A stretch of 45,470 nucleotides of DNA, taken from the IMG/VR virus record IMGVR_UViG_3300019487_000009, positions 1-45,470 of that record; one strand, 5' to 3'. The position numbers were made by a program, and so were the translations under genes. Position 1 is the first letter of the stretch; each line of letters begins with the position of its first letter. Source of the DNA: a virus. Of this stretch, positions 22,490-29,877 are shown piece after piece. The notes under the pieces are model-generated. The model worked only from the letters and a program-made list of their open reading frames with translations. It was not told where the DNA came from and ran no database searches.

Positions 22490-22517
22490 CACTCACTGAA
22501 ACGGGGTGTGGTATGAT
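22490..22517 (+). promoter_or_regulatory. Rightward promoter: conserved 10-mer CACTCACTGA, 12 nt, extended -10 TGgTATGAT
   Basis: TG at 22509-22510, TATGAT at 22512-22517. No good -35. The same 10-mer and spacing recur at 29844. Confidence 0.45.
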
Positions 22518-22632
22518 GTCTCTCATGGAAAACCAAACTGTCGCGCCGCGGCCAGGGTAAACGAGACTGCCGCGGCCGGACCTGGTTAGGCATGGGGGCA
22601 TGCTATCGTGCCTGAATTATGGGGAGGGGGTA

Positions 22633-23187
22633 ATGTCAGTCAAACCGTTCTACAACTACAAGTCGAAAGTCGAGCCGCTCAGGGCGTACGTCAGCCACGG
22701 TCTCACCTTTGGCCTGGGCCGTCCAAGTCCGGGACAGGGTTGCATTGAAGCGGCTGTCTGCGCCGTTCTGGGCATTCCGCACGGGGATTCGCCCTCGTGC
22801 GTTAGCTATATAGATCGAGGCCTGGTGGTCGGTCTGAACGATGCACCCTGGTCATCTAATGCTGCCAGGGCTGAGGGTCTGGTTGACTTGGGAGTTGCCC
22901 ATCTAGGCTCGGCCAGGATGACCAAATCCAAGCGTTTGAAGTGGTCGATCTACATAGCGGAGCAAGGGGTTAAGAGAATTGGGGGGACAGCTCCCAGTTT
23001 TGACGGCTTGGAGGATCAGTCGGAGTGGTGGGCGGTGGAGGTGTCGAATTGGTTGGTGAAGACTGCAAGGGAAAAGGCAAGGGCCGCAAGAAGTGACGAA
23101 CCACTGAGAGAGGCCGCGCGAATCGTGGTGGAGGCGTACGATCTCCTGCAAAACCCTGGTTTTCGGAGGGTTCTGACGCATGATTAG
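22633..23187 (+). CDS. Hypothetical protein (184 aa); first gene of the rightward unit
   Basis: ATG 22633 behind SD ggggaggggg (internal Met of listed ORF 22600..23187). Confidence 0.6.
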   Translation: MSVKPFYNYKSKVEPLRAYVSHGLTFGLGRPSPGQGCIEAAVCAVLGIPHGDSPSCVSYIDRGLVVGLNDAPWSSNAARAEGLVDLGVAHLGSARMTKSKRLKWSIYIAEQGVKRIGGTAPSFDGLEDQSEWWAVEVSNWLVKTAREKARAARSDEPLREAARIVVEAYDLLQNPGFRRVLTHD

Positions 23188-23647
23188 CATTCGGACGAGG
23201 CTTAGGTGGAAGGTCTATTTTGCCCTTGCCCTCATGAGGGGGTTCTTTGCCTTCTGGTGGGAGAGGGCCAGGGGAATCCTACTGCCCGAGGTTGCGGTTC
23301 AGCGTAAGTGGAATCGTTTGTACGCCACATACTTAATGCGTGAGGGCTGTCCGGATGACGTGACCAGAAACGTGGGCCCGGGCTGGCGCCAGATCGTAAT
23401 AGACCTTATCTTTGATCTCTTCAGCGTGGGGTGGAGTGGAGTAGTTTATCAGGTCAAGGAGAAGTACGGCGGCTTGAGATTCTACTGTGATGGCGAGGGC
23501 AGGCCAGAGATAGAATACGCGATCCATCGTGCTGAGCGTAGGGCGGCCCGGACCTGCGAGCGCTGCGGCGCCAGGGGACGACTAATGGGAGGGAGTTGGC
23601 TTGCCACACTGTGTGACCAGCACGATGTTCAGGGAGAGGGGAAATGA
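23180..23647 (+). CDS. Conserved phage protein with N-terminal TM segment, KEKYGGLRFY motif and C-terminal CxxC
   Basis: VYFALALMRGFFAFWW; QVKEKYGGLRFY; TCERCG...LCDQH. I recall the KEKFGGLRFY motif from many uncharacterised phage proteins. Function unknown. Confidence 0.55.
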   Translation: MISIRTRLRWKVYFALALMRGFFAFWWERARGILLPEVAVQRKWNRLYATYLMREGCPDDVTRNVGPGWRQIVIDLIFDLFSVGWSGVVYQVKEKYGGLRFYCDGEGRPEIEYAIHRAERRAARTCERCGARGRLMGGSWLATLCDQHDVQGEGK

Positions 23648-24024
23648 TTCGAGTATCATCGATTCCATGGAACCACCCGTTATTGCGCGAGGTCATTCCA
23701 TACGAGAGATTCCCGGTGTCGGCGCGCAAGCTTTTGAAGCATTGCGGAGATGCGGACGGTGGCGTGCTCGCGTGGGATGGCAAGCGAATGGTGGGCTTCT
23801 TCCGATACTTCCGGGAATGCGAGGGAACAGTCAATGCCTCCGGAACGTGGGTAGACCCAGCCTACAGGCGAAGGGGCATTGCGAAGAAAATGTGGAATCG
23901 GTTGATAGCCAGGAGGCCAAGCAGAGTCGAGGTTAGCACGTATACTCGTGGTGGTCGGGCCCTGGTCGAGTCAATCAGGCGGTCGGCTGGTTCGGGCGCT
24001 GTGATCGACGCCAGGCACCGCTGA
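23644..24024 (+). CDS. GNAT-family N-acetyltransferase (126 aa)
   Basis: Acetyl-CoA binding motif A: WVDPAYRRRGIAKKMWNRLI. ATGA overlap with the upstream gene. Confidence 0.7.
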   Translation: MIRVSSIPWNHPLLREVIPYERFPVSARKLLKHCGDADGGVLAWDGKRMVGFFRYFRECEGTVNASGTWVDPAYRRRGIAKKMWNRLIARRPSRVEVSTYTRGGRALVESIRRSAGSGAVIDARHR

Positions 24025-24056
24025 TTAAGGAACGGTGGCGGGAAGAGGTAGAGACG

Positions 24057-24149
24057 ATGAGTGACTGGAGGCTCCTTGAGTGCCCACGCTGTGGGTTCCA
24101 GGCCAAGGTCAGGGGTATTGGCAAGTACTACTGCGGCCCCCATCCTTGA
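24057..24149 (+). CDS. Mini zinc-ribbon peptide (30 aa)
   Basis: MSDWRLLECPRCGFQAKVRGIGKYYCGPHP. SD ggaagagg. The frame stays open after its TGA up to 24245 (see findings). Confidence 0.35.
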   Translation: MSDWRLLECPRCGFQAKVRGIGKYYCGPHP

Positions 24150-24241
24150 CCCCCTCGGGTCGATGGTTTGCCACGTGACTATGGGCCGGCCGTCGTGATG
24201 TTCGAGGTTGATCGGGACAAGGATGGGAAATTAGGCAATCC

Positions 24242-24487
24242 GTGAAGCGCTGGCTGGAGGGCGACCGGACCAGCCGCCAGGTCCTCACGCGCGAGGAAGC
24301 GGAGCGGTTGATCGCAGCCGCGGCCCTCGAGCCCGAGGACGAAATCCTGGAGAGGCGGCGGTGTGCGTACTGCGGCTTCCCGATGCCTGGAACCGACAGG
24401 GTGAAGCGTGGGCGGCCGAGGCAGTCATGCTCGCCATCTTGGAGGGTGGGGTGCTTTTCACCAAGGCGGAGGCGCGGTTGGGCGTAG
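24242..24487 (+). CDS. Hypothetical Cys-containing basic protein (81 aa)
   Basis: GTG start. RRCAYCGFPMP...RGRPRQSCS pattern, seen by me in small phage proteins. Confidence 0.5.
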   Translation: MKRWLEGDRTSRQVLTREEAERLIAAAALEPEDEILERRRCAYCGFPMPGTDRVKRGRPRQSCSPSWRVGCFSPRRRRGWA

Positions 24488-24549
24488 TGAGAACAACGTC
24501 TGGCGAGGGACATGGTGGGGTGTATAATGGGGCCTGACTGGAGGGTCTG

Positions 24550-24894
24550 ATGGGGAATCTTCAAGAGTTGCTGTACGTGATCGCTGACGAGGCGCGGGAG
24601 CTGATGAGAGATCCGGCTGGTTTGGATCCCCTTGGTTCTCTCAAGTTCCGGTCCTGGCTTCTCAGGATTGAGAAGTTCCTGCGTAGGCTCGAGCGAATCT
24701 CGGAAATGTCGGGCTCCGATGAAGATCAGCGCTTAATGTATGAGGTGTCAAGTCTTCTTATCAATGACGGACGGACGTATCGACAACCCTGGATAGACGA
24801 TGCGGTGAAGTTGTTGGAGAGAATAAGAGACGTGGCTAGAATCGAGCGTGACCGGCTCCGCGACGTGGTGGCGATGATAAGGGGTAAGCGATGA
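24550..24894 (+). CDS. Hypothetical helical protein (114 aa)
   Basis: Charged helical composition; in the operon between small ORFs and the primase gene. Confidence 0.6.
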   Translation: MGNLQELLYVIADEARELMRDPAGLDPLGSLKFRSWLLRIEKFLRRLERISEMSGSDEDQRLMYEVSSLLINDGRTYRQPWIDDAVKLLERIRDVARIERDRLRDVVAMIRGKR

Positions 24895-24958
24895 AAGGGC
24901 TGGACCATTCTTGAGAGATCAGCAACGGCTGGCTCGGCCCGTTATAGACTAGGCCTAC

Positions 24959-26836
24959 ATGGCTGACACCCCACTCACTGGGCTCGGCGACGCTCTGGGC
25001 CGAGCGACCGAGGCACTCCGTCTCGCGTCCAAGCTGGGTGCACAGCGCAGGGGCGCAGAGTGGGTCACGACGTGTCTATCTCACAGGGACACGGATCCCA
25101 GCCTCAGCTTCCGCCAGGGCGACCGTGGGCTGGTCGCCACATGCCGTGCGGGCTGTCCGTCCGACAAGGTCTTTGCGGCCCTGCGGGAGGCCCACCCGGA
25201 CGTCCTGGTCGGGAACGGAGCCGCCAAGCGCACCAATCCTCCCGCCGCGGCAAAGGCCCTGGTCAAGACCACCAGATACGAGGTTCGGAATACTGCCGGG
25301 ACCCTGATCGCCACGCATCTCCGCCATGACTACGACGACGGATCGAAGTCCATGCCTTGGGAGAAATCGGACGGGACCTCGGGCCTGGGACAGCCGTCCG
25401 CTATGCTGCCGTTCTTCGGATCGGAGCGACTCTTAGGGGCGAAGACCGTGATCGTGGTCGAGGGTGAGAAGGCCGCGGCCGCGCTCCAGGAGATTCTCGT
25501 CGACAAGAAGGGCGAGACGGTAGCCGTGGGCACGGTTACTGGTGCCTCTGGGACTCCGTGCTCCGAGACACTGGCGACGCTCAAGGGAAAGAAAGTCTTT
25601 CTCTGGCCGGACAACGATAGCCCAGGATTCGAGCACATGGTCAGGATCTCGGCAGCCCTGGGTGGTGCCGCGTCGACCGTGCTGCCGCCAATGGACAAGC
25701 CACAGGGGTGGGATGCAGCGGACGCCGTAGGCGAATGGGATTTCGATCTGGGCTCCTTCTTGGCTTCGGCAAGGACTGGTGGGCTGACGCCGGTAAAATC
25801 AAAAAAAGTCGACAAACGAACTGACAGCCGGTATACTACCTCGGCCGAGCTCCGGCGCCAGGCGGTGGAATGGGAAGCGGACCCGAAACGCTGGCTGGTC
25901 GATGGCATCATCCCAAACCGTGGGGTTCTTGGTCTCCTTGGGGGCAGCCCGAAGGTTGGGAAGAGCACATTCTCGATAGACATGATGCGGGCCGTGTCCG
26001 AGGGCAGCGAGTTCATGGGCCTCAAGACTCTCGAGGCCAAGGTTCTCTATCTCGCCCTCGAAGACCCAGGCTTCTACCTGGGCCACCAATTCAACCGTTT
26101 TCACGTAGACAGGGAGATCACGATCCTCAACGATGCTTTCGTAGTGAGTGAGGGGTCGCTGTCCGAGCTCAAGAACGACATCCGCGAGCTTGGGATCGGT
26201 TTCGTCTACATCGCCACACTAATGAATCTGCTCATAGCGGGCGACGCGGGGGACGAGAACGACAACGCGAAAATGGGGAAGATCGTCACCGCGTTCAAGG
26301 ATCTGGCCCGCGAGGTTGGGATTCCTATCCTCATCGAGCATCACCAGAACAAGGCCGCAGGCCGGCCCGGGGCCGAGCCGGCCAGCATGGCCGGAACCTT
26401 TCGTGGTGCATCCTCGATCCCGGGCCATGTCGACCTGCTGATGACGCTCGAGAACGCCGGGGAATCGAATGGAAACGCTCGTCGGTTCAAGGTGTCCGGT
26501 CGAGCGGTCGAGAGTAAGTCGATGCGTGTGGGTCTCGAGATGGGAGACCGCTGGTTCTTCTCTGTTCTAGCCGAGATAGACAGCGAGGAAGCCAAGAAGA
26601 CCGACCAGGAGTTGTTTGCCGCCATCGTGACTTCAGAATGGCTCGATACCTACACTCTGATGGATCTGGTTGGATTGAGCGGTAGAAGCGGAAGGCAAAG
26701 ATCGCGTGCGTATCACGCCCTCAGGGCCATTGATGGGATTCAATGCAAGAGGGTTGGGCAGAAATGGTTCTGGTGTCTTCCTTTGACCAAGGAAGAGCGG
26801 GAAATCAGAAATGGAGATTGGGGAGAAGGGCAATGA
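24959..26836 (+). CDS. Bifunctional primase-helicase: zinc-binding domain, Toprim domain, AAA_25/RepA-type (RecA-fold) helicase domain
   Basis: CLSHRDTDPSLSF...CRAGC; Toprim VIVVEGEKAAAAL and LWPDNDSPG; Walker A GGSPKVGKST; Walker B VLYLALED. Confidence 0.8.
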   Translation: MADTPLTGLGDALGRATEALRLASKLGAQRRGAEWVTTCLSHRDTDPSLSFRQGDRGLVATCRAGCPSDKVFAALREAHPDVLVGNGAAKRTNPPAAAKALVKTTRYEVRNTAGTLIATHLRHDYDDGSKSMPWEKSDGTSGLGQPSAMLPFFGSERLLGAKTVIVVEGEKAAAALQEILVDKKGETVAVGTVTGASGTPCSETLATLKGKKVFLWPDNDSPGFEHMVRISAALGGAASTVLPPMDKPQGWDAADAVGEWDFDLGSFLASARTGGLTPVKSKKVDKRTDSRYTTSAELRRQAVEWEADPKRWLVDGIIPNRGVLGLLGGSPKVGKSTFSIDMMRAVSEGSEFMGLKTLEAKVLYLALEDPGFYLGHQFNRFHVDREITILNDAFVVSEGSLSELKNDIRELGIGFVYIATLMNLLIAGDAGDENDNAKMGKIVTAFKDLAREVGIPILIEHHQNKAAGRPGAEPASMAGTFRGASSIPGHVDLLMTLENAGESNGNARRFKVSGRAVESKSMRVGLEMGDRWFFSVLAEIDSEEAKKTDQELFAAIVTSEWLDTYTLMDLVGLSGRSGRQRSRAYHALRAIDGIQCKRVGQKWFWCLPLTKEEREIRNGDWGEGQ

Positions 26837-27135
26837 ATGTATCGAAGGAAGAGCGCGCCAGGCGCGCAGCGAACATGAAGTCTATCCAGGTGGAGCGCAA
26901 CCGGCTGATCGAGCTGGGGCGGTATGCGGAGTCGATCGGGATCAAGTTGCCTGAAATTGGGCAGTTTGAAAGTGGGCAGTTGGGTTCCGGAAACTACGGT
27001 CCAACCCTTCCGCTTCCGCCGCCGCCGTTGCCGCCGCTTTCTGGGGGGGTTGTGATTCCACTCCCCGCACGGGGAAGGCTTTCGGCAGAGATCGAGGCTG
27101 CGCTGGCCCGGGCCCAGCGCGGAAACACTGAGTAG
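26833..27135 (+). CDS. Hypothetical protein (100 aa) with poly-Pro segment
   Basis: ATGA overlap with the primase-helicase stop. Internal Met of listed ORF 26743..27135. Confidence 0.55.
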   Translation: MNVSKEERARRAANMKSIQVERNRLIELGRYAESIGIKLPEIGQFESGQLGSGNYGPTLPLPPPPLPPLSGGVVIPLPARGRLSAEIEAALARAQRGNTE

Positions 27136-27145
27136 GGGATTGGGG

Positions 27146-28279
27146 ATGAAGACTAGAGTGGTTTTCATGTTGATCTGGGCGGCAATCTCGGCTTGGTTTG
27201 CGATCGCGGTTGCTGCTCTGCTGTTTACCGGGTGTAGCGATCAGAGCAGGTCCGTTCCGACTGGTCCGTCGCTGCCGGTTACTAACGCGTCCAATAGTAC
27301 GGCCGGTGTTCCTGGTCCTTCCACGTGCAAGGCCCGATTCGGACACGGGAACATCAGTGTGAGTGGCCGCACCGTGACTGCGACGTTCGAGGCGGACCCG
27401 GGCGATTACCATCTTGCCGTGTTCACTCCGCCAGGCAACGGCGCCGGGGCCCTGGTGGCACAGCGCCGCGGTGGGCCGGGCACTCTGTCGGTTGAGATTC
27501 CGGACGACTATTGCGGGGTCAGGGCGTTCCAGGCCGATCTAGGCTGTGGGACTCCGCCTCCGGATGCGGGCTACAACGGTGGTTCTTTCAGCGGATACTC
27601 GAGGGTGTTCCAGCTCGAGGGAACCAAATGCCAACCCGGCCGTACGTGCAAGGACATGGCGCCGGCCATAGGATTGAGGCTTGAGATCAGCCCAAGGGAA
27701 GTGGTCGCCAGGATCAAGTCGACCTGGAACACTCCGCCCAAGCTGGCTTCGCTCACAGACAACTCCATTCCGATTCGGGAGGCCGAAGTGAGGCCTGGGG
27801 ACGAGGTTGTTTGGCTCTATTTGCGAGGGGAGCATGACGTGAGTCAGTTCGCTTTCCTAACTGCTGCCGACGAGAACGGTCTGCGCTGCGATGTCCTGGG
27901 TCCATTTGTCATTCCGAAGTACGAGCCGACCCCTACCCCTACTCCTACCCCTACCCCGACCCCGACACCGACCCCTGCACCTACCTGTGTCTCTACAGCG
28001 ACCAGTCATGCCGGGCAGGGTTTTGAACTTCCGAACAGTAGCCAGGCGACGGAAACCAACTGGGTGAATTCGAACGTGCTGCCTGGTCCGTACTCTCTGA
28101 CCAGGAAGGACGAGGATTTTGGGGGAAGCCACACCACGGCGTCCATCTCGGCCAAGGTGGCCTTGGTCAAAGCCGGCAAGAAGTATAGATATTACCTCAA
28201 CGTCTCCGCGGGTCAGCCTCTAGACTCATTCGACGGCAAGAACATCTCGCACGTGTCTTACTTTGATTGCGCCAGATGA
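27146..28279 (+). CDS. Lipoprotein (377 aa) with a (Thr-Pro)n linker between two domains
   Basis: Signal plus lipobox-like AALLFTGC. EPTPTPTPTPTPTPTPTPAP linker encoded at 27928-27990. Several Cys residues. Confidence 0.65.
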   Translation: MKTRVVFMLIWAAISAWFAIAVAALLFTGCSDQSRSVPTGPSLPVTNASNSTAGVPGPSTCKARFGHGNISVSGRTVTATFEADPGDYHLAVFTPPGNGAGALVAQRRGGPGTLSVEIPDDYCGVRAFQADLGCGTPPPDAGYNGGSFSGYSRVFQLEGTKCQPGRTCKDMAPAIGLRLEISPREVVARIKSTWNTPPKLASLTDNSIPIREAEVRPGDEVVWLYLRGEHDVSQFAFLTAADENGLRCDVLGPFVIPKYEPTPTPTPTPTPTPTPTPAPTCVSTATSHAGQGFELPNSSQATETNWVNSNVLPGPYSLTRKDEDFGGSHTTASISAKVALVKAGKKYRYYLNVSAGQPLDSFDGKNISHVSYFDCAR

Positions 28280-28548
28280 TGGTGGCTTTCCTGAGTCTCT
28301 TTGCTGCTGGGTTTGTCATGGTGGCCCTTCGATCTGCACAGCAACTGAACGTTCAGTATCACAAGGTCAGGTGGGTCATTCCGACAAGCTTGCTGATGGC
28401 GTTCTCCGAAGCGACGATAATTTTCCGTCTTTCATCCGAGTGGAGCTTTGCTAGGATTTTGACCTACGGTTTCTCGGCTGGATTGGGCTGTTTGGTTGCG
28501 ATGGAAATTCACAAGCGACTTAGGAAGGGCTGGGCTAAGGTAGAATGA
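28276..28548 (+). CDS. Membrane protein (90 aa, about 3 TM segments)
   Basis: ATGA overlap with the lipoprotein stop. MMVAFLSLFAAGFVMVAL, VIPTSLLMAFSEATIIF, TYGFSAGLGCLVAM. Confidence 0.55.
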   Translation: MMVAFLSLFAAGFVMVALRSAQQLNVQYHKVRWVIPTSLLMAFSEATIIFRLSSEWSFARILTYGFSAGLGCLVAMEIHKRLRKGWAKVE

Positions 28549-28946
28549 GAAGGTTTCCAGCCGGAGCGATAAGGGACACGGACAAAGACAAGATTGATCC
28601 GGAGGGATTCGAGTCTCCGATTGTGATGCGCCGTTTTTGTGAATTCATGGATAAGCACAGAATCTTATCCGATGGCACGATTCGGGGCAGCGATAACTGG
28701 CAGAAGGGAATGCCGATTGCTCAGTACATCAAGAGTCTCGATCGGCACGTGCTCGAGGCCAAGCTCTGGGCTAGGGGGTACGGGGTCAGCCCTAGATCCA
28801 AAAGTGACCCACAAGATATCGAAGAGGTTCTATGCGCGATCCGATTCAACGTCTCGGGGATGCTGTTCGAAATCCTGAGCCAGCGGTACGGTCGACCGTC
28901 CAGGCCGGAGGGAGTCCGAGACTCCGACGATACGGGTTCTTCCTAG
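28545..28946 (+). CDS. dATP/dGTP diphosphohydrolase-like protein (N-terminal-domain family, MazZ-like)
   Basis: FPAGAIRD...DP...SP..MRRF...SDNWQKGMP...Y..SLDRH pattern matches my memory of the phage dNTP diphosphohydrolase N-terminal domain. Not verified. Confidence 0.45.
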   Translation: MRRFPAGAIRDTDKDKIDPEGFESPIVMRRFCEFMDKHRILSDGTIRGSDNWQKGMPIAQYIKSLDRHVLEAKLWARGYGVSPRSKSDPQDIEEVLCAIRFNVSGMLFEILSQRYGRPSRPEGVRDSDDTGSS

Positions 28947-28963
28947 TCGGCTACAATCCTTCG

Positions 28964-29161
28964 ATGTTCTGGCGGACATTTGAATTCATCGACGGGTCGC
29001 AGAACCCGCTCACGCCGTTCTCGTGGACCATCCTGATCGGGCGCTTCGCTCTGGCCAGGCTCAGGAAGAACTGGCGAACGCCCAAGCGTCTGTCGCGGCA
29101 GCAGGGGCGGGCCGCGCTACGCCGGCTTGCGAAGTGCTCTTTTTCTGATGGCTACGCATGA
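28964..29161 (+). CDS. Hypothetical protein (65 aa); weak call
   Basis: Internal ATG of ORF 28832..29161. No clear SD. Stop overlaps the next start (ATGA). Confidence 0.3.
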   Translation: MFWRTFEFIDGSQNPLTPFSWTILIGRFALARLRKNWRTPKRLSRQQGRAALRRLAKCSFSDGYA

Positions 29162-29517
29162 GATGGAAGGAATCTGGCTCGACGTACAGGGCGTGCCCGT
29201 ACTGTCTGGCTCGACTTTACTGGACGTTTTCTAGCAAATCGTATGATCTTGGGAAGCCGCGTTGCCTCAGTCACGGCTGGCTTCGGCAGTGGCTTGTGGT
29301 AACGACTAGACTTTCAGACGCGGTCCTGATGGTCTTGTCGGTGGGCGCTCTGTATCTGAGTGGTCGTCTGCTTAGTGATCCGGTAGAGGCAAGAGAGAGA
29401 CCGAACTCGACTAGACGCTGGCTGCTCCGAAGGGGCCGCAGGGAAAACTGGTTGGGGGAAAAAGATGGACAATTTGGATGCCGTTTGGATGGACGAGGCC
29501 CGCGTGAAGAGGCTTGA
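29158..29517 (+). CDS. Hypothetical Cys-containing membrane protein (119 aa)
   Basis: CPYC...C.SH then TM AVLMVLSVGALYLSG. The Arg-rich 3' end overlaps the next ORF by 53 nt, so the true end is uncertain. Confidence 0.45.
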   Translation: MRWKESGSTYRACPYCLARLYWTFSSKSYDLGKPRCLSHGWLRQWLVVTTRLSDAVLMVLSVGALYLSGRLLSDPVEARERPNSTRRWLLRRGRRENWLGEKDGQFGCRLDGRGPREEA

Positions 29518-29632
29518 GGCCCAGCTCAAGGCCATGTCTGACGAGCTCAGCATTGCCCGCCTGGAGCGGGATGGGGCGCTTTCTCGAATCTCCAACATCA
29601 AGAGAGAGCTGCGAGAAGTGGTGTGGGCTTGA
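29465..29632 (+). CDS. Small coiled-coil protein (55 aa)
   Basis: SD gggggaaaaag then ATG 29465. MDNLDAVWMDEARVKRLEAQLKAMSDELSIARLERDGALSRISNIKRELREVVWA. Below the ORF-track cutoff. Confidence 0.4.
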   Translation: MDNLDAVWMDEARVKRLEAQLKAMSDELSIARLERDGALSRISNIKRELREVVWA

Positions 29633-29820
29633 TGTCTGCGGAGTACCGGGACGGTTTCGGGACCGCACTTAGGGCTGCCCTATTTGAATCAGGGGAAGCC
29701 GCAGTGACATCTATGCTGGTGTCCCAGGCCAGGATTGGGGAGTTTGATGATTTCCTTCGTGGGGCAGCGGACGCGATGGAATTGCTCAGAACGTCCGAAA
29801 CCCTGGAAGTTGTTGATTAA
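29632..29820 (+). CDS. Small acidic protein (62 aa)
   Basis: ATG 29632 overlaps the preceding TGA by 1 nt. Internal Met of listed ORF 29623..29820. Confidence 0.5.
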   Translation: MSAEYRDGFGTALRAALFESGEAAVTSMLVSQARIGEFDDFLRGAADAMELLRTSETLEVVD

Positions 29821-29843
29821 ATAGCACTTTGAGCCACTTTTCG

Positions 29844-29871
29844 CACTCACTGATCCGCCCCATGAGATAAT
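29844..29871 (+). promoter_or_regulatory. Late-operon promoter candidate: CACTCACTGA, 12 nt, extended -10 TGaGATAAT
   Basis: Same 10-mer and spacing as at 22490. The -10 ends 6 nt before GTG 29878, with no SD in between. Confidence 0.4.
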
Positions 29872-29877
29872 CTTCTC

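Noticed and set aside
22474-22490. tRNA-like T-arm hairpin gtagg-gttcact-cctac
   Set aside because: No acceptor, D or anticodon arms can be built around it, and the loop does not fit the TTCRANN consensus register. I could not build a cloverleaf around the other TTCGA-like strings I checked by eye (near 9345, 18510 and 35725) either.
24147-24149. The in-frame TGA as evidence of an alternative genetic code (TGA as sense)
   Set aside because: TGA terminates many well-defined genes here, including numerous ATGA/GTGA coupled junctions. Long genes show no internal TGA problem.
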